A DNA stretch of 64,000 nt, taken from the NCBI GenBank assembly GCA_963924565.1, contig OZ004615.1, positions 18,662,001 to 18,726,000 of the forward strand. The letters run 5' to 3'. Below are positions 12,401 through 24,400 of this stretch, piece by piece. A model generated the notes under the pieces. It was not told where the DNA came from. It did no database searches and saw only the letters and a list, made by a program, of their open reading frames with translations. Both the position numbers and the translations under genes were made by a program. Each line of letters begins with the position of its first letter. Within the stretch, counting starts at the first letter, position 1. The DNA is from Ascidiella aspersa (Eukaryota).

Positions 12401-15400
12401 ACAGTTTGATTAAAAATACTGCACTAATGTATTTAGACTCCATTTCACTTTCACAATTTTGGACCGAAATCAGCAGATTTATGAAATTATTTGTACTGTG
12501 ACGTCAATTTATGACGTCATTTTTGTATTTTTTTGCCTACCGTTGTACAGGCGATGCAAAAAAAAATTAGTTGGTCCGCGGTAATAAAAGTTTAAGAACC
12601 CCTGCTTTGCACGGTTCCAGCCTGTGTATAGTTCTTATTAGGTCCCAGTTTTTCTGTTGATGTGTAACCCCTTTGCCAGTTGATATGACCAATGCGAAAC
12701 GTGAACAGTCATAATCTAGTAAGAAGTAAATTTGTTGATTTTTTAACCCCATAGCCAGTTGGAAGGCCTCTACAAAACTCACCAGGCTTCATTTCAGACC
12801 GCTTTTTTCGTTACAATGTGTCCGATACGCATTGCTGGTTAAAATTGTCTGACCATTTAAATTTTTGGGACGCTTTTGTGCCTTTTTTACCCCGTGGCCT
12901 TTTGCAATATGGCCAATCCAAAACGTGCCGGGTTCACTAATTTTATGGCAAAATTCTGAGACGAAAACGTGATGGGCAAAAGGAAGCCGGCTATACGAAG
13001 GATGTGAACTGACCGATTGATAAAAAACACGTAAAATCATCAGCTAAAAATACAGCCAGGCTCGTTTATAACTCATTTTTAACACGTTAAATAAAACGGT
13101 TATATTCCTAATATAAGTGAATAAAACTACGAAAGGTAATGTTATTTCTTCCAATGTCGGCCATCGAAGGCATGTTTTTCGGAATATTCTTGAATTAATC
13201 AAACTTTCTTGCTTAGTCAGTCTTTAGGATACATATCTTTAGTCAGGGGTCTTATACATTTATATGTCTGAGATGCGTCCTTATTTTACGGTCTATATCT
13301 CACAAAATTGTTGTTCGTATTTTTGTTTTACATACATTCTTATTTGGTTTAAATTAAAAAAAGCAACAATTGTTAATGCAAACCCATTTCGTTATAATTA
13401 TGCATAATTCTATGTGAGTTGTTGTTACGAATTACATATTTTTTGTCACCCTTATTCTGGGTGCTAGAGCGATGATGGCCTTGTTTATAGTCCACAGCAA
13501 ATAAACACAATTAACTTCCGCAGCTGGGAATCGAACCCGGTTTCTGAAAAACTGCAGGGTCCTACCTGGCTAAAGCAAACGACGGTTAAACCCGGTCTTG
13601 TTCTCATTTATACAGTTGTCAGGGTCCAGAGGCGAAATACGGAACTCTTGGATGCAAGAAATGCCACGAATCGTTCGATCCTGAGACCCTGATCTACACG
13701 GTGAGTTACAAAGCGACGTTTCGATCATTTTTCGCGAAACCTTCTAGTTTTTTGGCCCTTCAAAGCGCTGTAGTGTTTACACACCGGCCTCACTCTTCTG
13801 TGCTTGTTTGTGTTCTGGTGAAATATGACGCTTAGGTGGCGTGTGCTTTCGACCTCAGTTCTTTCGTAAAGCGATTGAACTCTTTCGACGCTCTACAGGA
13901 GTTCTATCGTTTGTTTTAAAGATTTATTCCATTTGATAGAAGATTTCAGTCCTAAATTGCAAATAAACTGAATATTTTGTTTACCGTTTCCTTTTCATTT
14001 CACATTTCAAATACAAAGCGGTATAGATACATTAAATACCAACTCCGAAAATGCAGCATGTGTTTGCCTGTAACTACTTTTTGCAAAAAAATATATAAAG
14101 AGGAACCTATAAAATGACAAGACAATTGTTATTTTTACGAAGAACGATCAATTGTTGGCAATGAAAAATCACATTGTTTTTATAATTTGATTATGAATGT
14201 ATCTTGAAATTTAGCTAGCTGTCCAACGTTGTTGATTCAGCAAAACTGCAACGTGTTTTGATTTACATCCAAAACTTCGCAGGTTTTTCACATGGCCTCG
14301 CGCAACAGCCTCCCAAAGGATTGCGTTGTAAAACCGCCAAGTAACTGCCACTTTGCGCATAGCACTTCGACACCAATGCGGAAGCCACACTAGCCCTGTA
14401 GATCGAGTAACGCCTTTTAATCCGGGTGTACGCGATGCACTCCTGTAAATAAGTTTTAAACACGAATTCTGATTTTGATTCCCCCTTTAAAAATAGCTTT
14501 TTCCTTATTAGATCTAAAAACCGTTATTCGTAAGGTCATTTTTTTAGTTCACGTTGTATTTAGCTCTATACTTGTTGTTTTACACCGCCACTGCAGATAG
14601 AATTTTTCGCCGTGTACTTAAAGTTACGTTCAATAAAATCAGCGGGTTATTTTTGGACGTCAAGTCGTTCGGACGTAAACTATAAAATTAATACGAAACA
14701 AAAAAACAATAGAATATTTGTGTAGTACTAGTATATACATTGTTTTACACAATTACTTCGTGTTTCTTTATAAATTGTTGTCTATTTTCCTTGTTCTGCT
14801 ACGTTTTTTATTGTATTCCGCCGAGAAACTGATTTTTTAAGCTTTACAAGTACCTTAAATCAACGACGCAGAATACTGTCTGTTTTTGTTTGCAACATTT
14901 TTGTTTGTATTACGCTTAGTACCCTGAATTAACGACACGTCCGTTCATTTTATCCGGGGCTCGAATAAGATAGAGCCAGTACTGGAAATGCTTTTTATGC
15001 TTTCAGAATTTGAATTCAGGTCCAAGTCTAAAAATTGAAGGCTAAATTAATAACTATTTCGAACGGGTAAATGTATTGAAAAAATTCTGTATATGAAAAT
15101 GTTGTACTGATGAAAATTTTGTACTATAACTTACAAGAAAATACATTGCTTTATTAGAAAAGCACACATTTTATTTAACTGATAACTTAATTTGTAGATA
15201 TCTGTAAACTAGACAAGTTTTGACAATACAGACGATTGTTATAACGTCCGATCCCTAACCCGTGTCGCGCTCTTATGTCCAGCACCACGGAGTTCAGTGT
15301 CGCTCATGTTCCAAACACTTGGACCCAGGAGTGTGCGACCTTGGATGCGTCAGCTACAACAAGACCTCCGACTTTAAGTGCTACTACCCGCCGGGGTAAG

Positions 15401-18400
15401 TTTTCTTTTTTGCCTGTCTCTTTTTAATGTGTTAAAGTTGCAAAGAAATTGTTTAGGCAGATGTTGAATATTTTGCGCGCAGATAGTATAGTTTCGCTAT
15501 TTTCGTGTACTATTTATAATATACGCATTACATTGAAAAAAATATATATATCTGCCTATATAGATTAAAAAAAATTGTATATCATCTGTTTCAAGTTGTG
15601 GCCACAATTGGAAAATGTTTTTTTGTTTACTAAATAATTAACAATCAAAGTCTTAGTCACGGCATAATTACCGCCAATTTTTCGAACTGAATGTCCGATA
15701 AGATGGGCCTTTAATGTGTATGCAGAAAATGTTTGGAAATGTTATCTACCGTTTTAGATAGCAATATAAAAAATCAACAACAGAAAAACTAGGATTAAGA
15801 CGATAGTCAATTTCTTTACCAGAATGTTTACTACCAGCTATACGCCATTTGCACCCCGAACAAATAGATTTAGACAAGAAAGCTGTAAATTGTTAAACTG
15901 ACAAAACCTGACACATTTCTCAGCTTGTATCAAAAAAATATCTCAAATCATATTTAAAAAACAAACAAATAATTGCTCTTAAAAGACAAACCGTATTGCA
16001 CAATTGCCCAGCTAAAGCGACGCGGTGTGCCAAGCCTGTCAATCTCCCGAAGCCAATTACCCGTTTCGCTGCGCGTGAGGTCACGGCAAGCTGCGTTCTT
16101 GCAAAATTGCAAAATTGCGCGATTCGCCGTAGTTTAACGACGCGGTATCGAACAGAATCGACCATTTCCTTTCGAAAAAAGCCTCATCCCGCTTCGTTCG
16201 TATGAATTGCGCGGACAGGGGCTCTTGATTAGCTTTTTCGCAATCGTAACCGAATCCAGGTTGTGTGATGTATCACCTTCCTGACTATCTGGAAAACCCT
16301 TCCTGTACTTCGCGTTTAGCCGAAATCGATGTCCAAGCCCGCAGACTTGCAGTCGATATGGAAGTGGTGTTGTGCAACCTTTAGTTTTTTTGCTCGACAC
16401 AGTTTTGAAGCCTGTGACAGCTGAGAAGGCTTGGGACACCGCTGCATGCAAAGCTGTGTTTCAGCGGTCGCAAAAGAAAGCGTTTTTTACCTCGTAAACT
16501 TGCGCTTTAGGATTATTTGTTTAATGTTCAGGGATTTACAGTATGTTGCAAACAATTCATTTTGAAATGACTCCCATTCAAGATTCAAGTAATTTGTAAA
16601 ATACATTCAGTCACACAATAGTTGTCTCCATTTTTCAATAACTAATGATGATACGCAAATGATAAAAATATTGAAATCAAAATACCCCTCTAGTTAAGGA
16701 GCCTATTTTTTGGTTAAATTAGTAAAATTGGGTAAAAAAATGGCACTTGAACCAAAGTCTTCAATGACTTAAGTTTAACCGGGCTATATGTAAAAAAAGA
16801 CTTAAGTCAAGTAAAGTCATTTTCTGCGAAGAATTTATTTGAAAACAGTGACTTACGTGCGCTGCTTACGTCATTACAACACTGGGTTTACATACCTTTA
16901 ATCGCCCCTTGGTAATTAATTCTTAGTCAATGAGTGAACAACAAAGACCCTTTTTTGATTTATCTAAGATTTTTTTTTTTTTTTTCAAGTTTTAGTTTCA
17001 AAATAATTTTGAACTTTTAAAATAAAAGCTTATACCTACTACGAACCCAACCAAAACCACTTTGGTGTTGTATACCTACAAAAACAAAACGCCTCCAACC
17101 TAAAAAAAAAATTGGGAAAAAAAACTTTGGAAAGTACAATCTTGGGACCGAATTCTAATGTCTGGTTTGTGCAATGCATCACCACAAAGCTGGCAAGGCG
17201 CCGTCGTCTGACGTTTTAAAACTGGTATGCACATGATGACGCACTTCGGCGAATGCCTGGAGATATTGCGGCCTGTCGTAATTTCACCGAGCGTTTATAA
17301 CCCTAGGAAGGGAGACGATGGGTTTCCATAAGAAGTACATTGTCTACGTACAAATTGACATTTTAAGCCATTTTTGCTGGCCAGACTCTAGCGGCCTAAT
17401 TTTTTTTTAATTTTAAATATAAGGTTGGGTAACTGTTTTGAGATATACCTGATAACAGGTTGGTAGTTTAGTAGGGTGTGCAAACGTTATTTTTACGCAT
17501 AAAAAACATCAGATGTTTTTTAATTATTCTTTCTGTTAAAAAAATGTCATTTTGAAGATGACAGTGCTGGTTAAGTCATCAGGAACATAACTTTAATCAA
17601 ATTAAGCAATTTTCATAAAAAGCAGATGGCAGATTCAATTGCTTAAACAACAAACCAAACATCCCAACTCTAAGCATCCAACTCATGGCAACATTGCTGT
17701 CCTTGTCGTTTATTTTAAAGAATGAACTACACCGTTGTCACATTTTTTAACTGTTTTTTATCATGATTTTTTTCCCCAGTGAGGATTATACTCCTTACAT
17801 CGTCCTGGCTTGCCTCGTCTTCCTGGTGATCGCGGTGGTGGCTCTGTTCTTCTTCGTACGTCATCGCACCACCATCAAGAGAATGCGAAAGACAATTGGC
17901 AAGACCATGGTTGGAGAGGTGAGTGGCATCTGTTTTTATTCTTTCTAGTAAGTGATGAACAACGACTACTTAGTTTTCACTTTTCAAGTAAGTGATTCAG
18001 AATATGCGATATATGTTTTGGGCAGTTGTTTCGAAACTTTAAACTCGTTTCCTCGTTCCCTTTACTGTGTGTTTTCAATTTTAATTTCTTAATCCTTTAA
18101 AAAAAACGATTTTAGTTTGATAAATTTAAAGAAAAAAATGTATATTTTTTTCATATATATTTCTTTAGCGTACTTAAATCACTACAGCAGATATATCTAA
18201 CCTCTGTCAACATATATAACATTTTAAATTTTGAAAAATACTAGACTTACCATAAAGTCCTATCCCCGGAATAACACAAAATACAGTTGTTATGATTTTT
18301 GGCACCACCAAATAATACCATATGTTCGAGTATTATAAAGGTTTAAAATGTTATGCGCAGAGATTACAAAGGTTTACAGCTTTCCCTGAAATAACAAAAT

Positions 18401-21400
18401 ACACGGTTTTAGCGTTTTCGCATTACTTTGCCTCGATCAGTTGAAGTTACGTAAAACCACGTGGCTTTAAAAAGACAGTTAAAAAGGTCAAAACCCACTT
18501 TGGCACGTCTAGGTTTTGCGATCATATCGACCGCAGGAACGCAGGCGCGCATAAACCATAATGGAAAATTTACGCGGGCGAAAATAACACGTTTGCCAAA
18601 TTGACATTGTTGCGTGTTTTGTTGGGTTGCGCAATCGTAAGGTTGCCCACCAATTTCTCCCACTTTTGCAGTGCGACACCTTTTTATTTCCCTCGCTGCG
18701 TGAGAGATGTGGACGAAATATCGCCGTCAATGCAGACGTAACTGGCGCTGTATTTCATTGACGGGGATTCCACACGTTTACGCAACGCTATGCTTACTTT
18801 TGCACAGGACTTTTTTTTCTAGGTGGCTTAGTTATACAAAACAAAACTTTAAATTGCGCTCAACACGGACTGCTTACTTTAATGTAAGAATGGAGCAAAT
18901 CTATATAGGAAAACAAGACGCAAAAAAAGTTATAAAAATTATACAAGAAAAAAGAAATAAAAAAAATACCTTGTTTTAATAATTATCTACCCTAAAACAC
19001 TGTGTTTATTTTATTTTTTTGATTGCCGAACTTTTTTAATTGCCAAGTTTTTTTTTCGAATTTAATTTTTATCCTCAGCTATAGAAACGGTAGAACATAC
19101 ACACGTAGTATAGCGAAAAGAACACCAAAAATCTTTCAGCCAAACATACCTTGTCAGCATAAATCATCCGGCAAATATATAGAAGTACAGAGTAAAAAAA
19201 GCATTTCTGTTTTACCATTTACCATATATCGCTGGAAAGTTACCGTCAGCAACAAAGCATTTGTCCTATATATTTGAAAATAAGTTAGGTCTTAACAAAA
19301 TCGTCCAAATAACGCTACCTATACCTTGTAATCTTTGTAAATGGTCATATTTGCCTAATTCTGAAGGTGGCACTATATAAAGACAAATTCTTTTCTACTT
19401 TGATCTGATGAAGCACGGTTGTGCTAAAGCTTGTCAAGAATTCAATACATTTTGTCTTTATATAGTGACACCTAATTACCTTATACCAGTGGTTCTCAAA
19501 GTATGGGTCGCGACCCAAACATGGGTCGCTCTATGGTGATTCAATCCTGCGCAAACGAACTTTTTTATTTCATTTTTCAAATATTTTCAATTCAATCATA
19601 ACTGAATTATTGCATGATAAGCTTTTCACGTGGCTTCAAGTCTGTAACCTGGATTATTGCATCACAAGTGGTTTTATGAAAGTTTTGATGGCAGCCAGCT
19701 GCAGTATAGTCATAGCAAACTACAGTAGCTGCTAGGACTGGTGTTAGCATTCAGTCACCAAACAAGCCACGCTGATATTATAAAGGAAAAAAATTCAGTT
19801 TCACCTTTCACACTAAAACAAATCAATCATTTGTCTGTAATCAATCATTGTTTGATAGAACTATGCACTACATCTGGTTGTCTGTGTCTTTTTCTATATT
19901 ATGCATATCAGAAAAAGTACATTTTTTGATGTTTGAGGCTTGGGTCGTGAGATGCTCATAAAATTCAGATTTGGGTCGCGCTTAAAAAAGTTTGAGAACC
20001 ACTGCCTTATACCTTGCAAGGAATTTGACATCCCCTATACGATTAACCCCAACCTCCAACTAATATAAACCGACCTCGTTATTGCAGCAAGTGCTGGTTG
20101 AGAACGAAAAGACCCCGCTAACCCCAAGTGGGGCCAGCCCCAACCAGGCACAACTACGCATTGTCAAGGAGAACGAGCTGGCCAACGGAAAGCTGCTGGG
20201 AAGTGGAGCATTCGGTGAAGTGCACAAGGCGGTTTGGACGCCGATCAACATACAGGTTTGATTGTATTTTCTTCTTTTGGCGCAAACTGCGTTTTCTTTT
20301 GCGACCTTTTTTTCGGGTTTTAGTGATTTTTTATGTTTTTCATTTTTCCACTGCGAGAATTGCCTACAGCTTCTAGTTGTTTAATATCTGTCAACAATTA
20401 AAAGTAACAGCGATTAATTTTCTGTGTGTTTAAATTTTGTAAAATAGATATACAGATTTGGTCACACTTGACTTTTATCATTGGAGTCACTGACAACTAC
20501 CAGATTTCTACTGATTTTCACGTTAAATATTTGGTACAATTTTCAATTAATGAATATCTTAAAAATAATATGGTTTTATTACTTACTTAATGATTACCTC
20601 TTTTCAGGGAGAGAAAGTCAAAATTGCCGTCGCTGTTAAGACGTTAAAGACTCCAGAGGAAATGACTGCAGCTGCAAACAACGAAATAATGGACGTAAGT
20701 CCAAGGCATTTGTTAATTTAATTAATGGCATTGATATTTACACTTTTTCCACCCGAGTTATGCTATACTTTTTTTTACGTTTTCGTACATTATTCACTGG
20801 TCCTCAGTGAAAAAAAACTTTCTTTATTGGTCGTTAGTTTTCATGTTGCGCGAAGATGTTGTGCTTGTTTAATAGTAGTTTAATAATTATTTATTTCGAA
20901 TTTGTATATCTAAAGTACGACGATAAAAGTGCTATGATCAAGTTACCTTTTTGTTTGTGGGTTTTTAATGAAAGCTCAAATTCTTTGAGGCCTAATAGTA
21001 AATTGACCCCTGGACTCAACAAACCACGGCAATTGGTTCACTATTTTAACCAACGTACATTTGAAGTATTTTGTTAACACATTGACAAAAACACTCCAAT
21101 CTAATCCAATCCCCCCGAAAAAAGTTTTCAATTCAAAATACTCACTTAAAATTTCCTACGGAGGCGTGCATAATGACTTCTGTGGACTGCATCAGGTATT
21201 GGCGCTCCGATCCGATAAAATTGAACATCCCTACTAGAAACTGATCAGACCGTTAAATCTGTTTTGCCTAAAATGCCACTTCAATCCGCTAATCTAACAA
21301 GAGGCACACATAGTGACTTCTGTGGACTGCATCATGAAACGCTCCGATCCAAAAAAATTAACATCCCTACTAGAAACTGGCCAGATCCTAACGCAGAAAA

Positions 21401-24400
21401 ACGCTAATGTAACAGGAGGCGTACATGATGGCTTCTGTGGACTGCATCTACCTGGTCCGTCTGTTGGGCGTCTGTATGACCGAACATGTTTCTCTCATCA
21501 CCCAACTCATGCCACTCGGAAGTCTCCTCGAGTACGTGAGGGACTCGAAGAACCACGAATCGATTCCGGCTGGAAAAATGCTCACCTGGTGCACGCAGAT
21601 CGCTAAGGTGGGGCTCATACGACACTTTTTTGTTTCGCAAATCTATTTAGGCCTAAAAACGCTCCAGCGACCAAAATGGTTTTGTCCAATTATTACTACT
21701 TATATATGATCAAACTGAAGCTTTCAAATTCTGTGATCCGGCCCTTCTGGTGTCGTATTCTATAGACCTAAAACACTCCAGTGACCAAACTAATTTTGTT
21801 CGATTGTTAGTATTTTTTTAATATATACTATACACTTATGATGCACATTTTTATATAAACACTAAAGTGCTTCTGGTATAAAATATTCAACAAAATAGTT
21901 CTCGAGTGAACGTCTATTCTATAGTATAACAGTTGTACTTATTTTTTACACGTTTCTGATTGCTAATAAAGTGATAAGGCACCACTCGAGTTTATTCTTT
22001 AAATTTTCTTCAGATTTGATTTTTTTAAATTTGGCCGATACTGATTTTATGTACAACCAAACTTGTTTCCACAAATCGTATTCCGCTTCCATGTATATTT
22101 AACGACGATGACGTTTCAAATGGCGAACGGTGAAAATTCTAGGATATGCATTTTAGGATTAGTCGAAAAGTTTTACAAGTTGTTGCTTCCTTGTACCATT
22201 TTAAACATTAAAACACTTCTTCGAAAAATATTAATAGACTGAAGCGGTTTAAAGTAAAGATTGCTTTCCATTTCCAGATTTAAACGTGACTTGGCTCGGA
22301 GATGCATGTACTGAACAAAAGTGTTAACTTAAATGCAAAACAATTTTGTATTATACTTCTCCCGTGTCAAAAGACGGCGCATAGGCACAGCACAAAATTA
22401 CCGTGGCGTAATATGCAATAGAAAGACTCTAAGCCCCCCAACGAGGCCTTATTGAGTGACCTGGTCGTGTACTGACTGACCAGTACTGGCCAGTGCAAAC
22501 GCACGGACGTTGGATTACTCAAGGCAGGGTGTCTTGGTGGTCGTCTAACTTATTTCCTGGTCGCTTTTTGTTTTGCCTGTACTGACGCGCCTTAAAGCAA
22601 ATCTCAATTTTTATGTGTATTTTTGGGCACACTATGCACGTATCTGTAATGTAGCTTGGTAATGAATTTAAAAGGCAAAGACGTCGAGTTGACTAAAGAT
22701 GACACAAGTTCGTATCGAAACGTTTTAATCAAGATGATATCGATCCGACCTTTTTGGCTTTGAAATTCATTATCAAGCTATGTGTATTTTATTGCCTTAC
22801 ATTGAGCAAAATCGTGAATACTGTTAAAAGGTTCTGCGTTGCGGTGTGTGTCTGGACCTGTTTTACAAATCGGGGTTCGCAGACCTATTGGCGTCCGTAA
22901 ATTAGGGGGCCCTTACTATATAAGCAAACTTCAAATATATGAATCGATTGAAGAGGACCAAATGTACCAATTTCAATAAACATCGATATATTTCTGGTCT
23001 TGTTATCATGCTTTTATTTTATATTGTTTTGAAGCAGCATATTTATTTTTTTTTAAATCCTTAGTTTTTGGAAAGATTTTATTTGTTAAACGAATAAGGA
23101 AAATGCAAAGCGCCCACTGAATTTTTTTTTCTAAATTAGGGTATCGCTGACCTAGATTTTGTCTTAAAACCTTCAGCTACCTTCAAGTTGCAATGGATAA
23201 TAATTATATATACAATTCAATTTAACTTTCTTTTACCAAAAAAAAACGCCTTGCGAAATTCGGAAAACTTTTTCCAGCAGCACAAGTTTAAACGCTCAGT
23301 CGATCCGTTACAATAAAAGGTATGCGATTCCTTGTAGGGCATGGCTTACTTGCAAGAGAAGCACCTGGTGCATCGGGACCTGGCTGCACGTAATGTACTC
23401 GTGAAGACGCCGAACCACGTCAAAATCACCGACTTCGGACTGGCCAAGATGCTATCGGCCAAGGAGGATACTTACCAGGCTGAGGGAGGCAAGGTACGTC
23501 TGTTTAAATGCGGTTAATTCTTTTTTTGTGTGTTTTTAAATAATTATAAAAGTTTGGAACACTATATACGGATCTGTTCATAAGTTTAATGGTGAAAATA
23601 ACGGCCCAAATAGACGTTATAAAAGTTAGAATGATATTATCAGATCTGAGCCTATTTGAAAAACTGTAGTACCGAAGTGACGGTACTTTTGTTAGCGATA
23701 GGGCAACATACCAGACAATATACTGTAAAAAATACTGCCTAATGCCCTAATCAACGTAGAACTAAACTGTAAAATAAACACTAGTAAAAAAGCGGAAATT
23801 GTTAATTTTTTAATTACATCACAAGTAGTATAAAGTTAAAACGTTATTTTCTGTTTGTTTTTTATCTCGAGAAACGATTACTGTGTTTTACATGCTTCTG
23901 TTTAACACCCAAACACTTTATATCGCTATAAAAGATTGACAGGATGGAAAGCACGGACTGCGTAAGATCGGGATTTTTTTAGTTATATCGAGAATTTCTA
24001 TTTTTATTCTCCGAATACTATACAGTTATGGCAGTCGTTTTGGTTTGCAACGCATTCAGCGGTACGAATTATTGTACAGTTTGAGAACATCTGAGTTACG
24101 GATTTTCAACTCTCTCTATTTTTCTTCCAGCTTCCCATCAAGTGGCTTGCGATCGAATGCATCACGGAACGCACCTTCTCGCATCTCTCCGACGTTTGGG
24201 CGTTCGGGGTCACAGTGTGGGAGCTGCTCACCCTTGGGGCCCGACCCTATGACGTAAGTTGTTCATCTTTGAATACATAACTTGTAGGTTGTGTTGCAGG
24301 CTTGTTTAAATGTTTCAAAGTCTGCCGTTACCCGACATATTTATGAATGCCTTTTGTACGGGTAAAGCACATAGTATATTGTTTACACTCGATCCCTTAT

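Noticed and set aside
13523-13545. tRNA gene (B-box-like gggaatcgaacccgg)
   Set aside because: Isolated B box with no cloverleaf; probably a SINE fragment.
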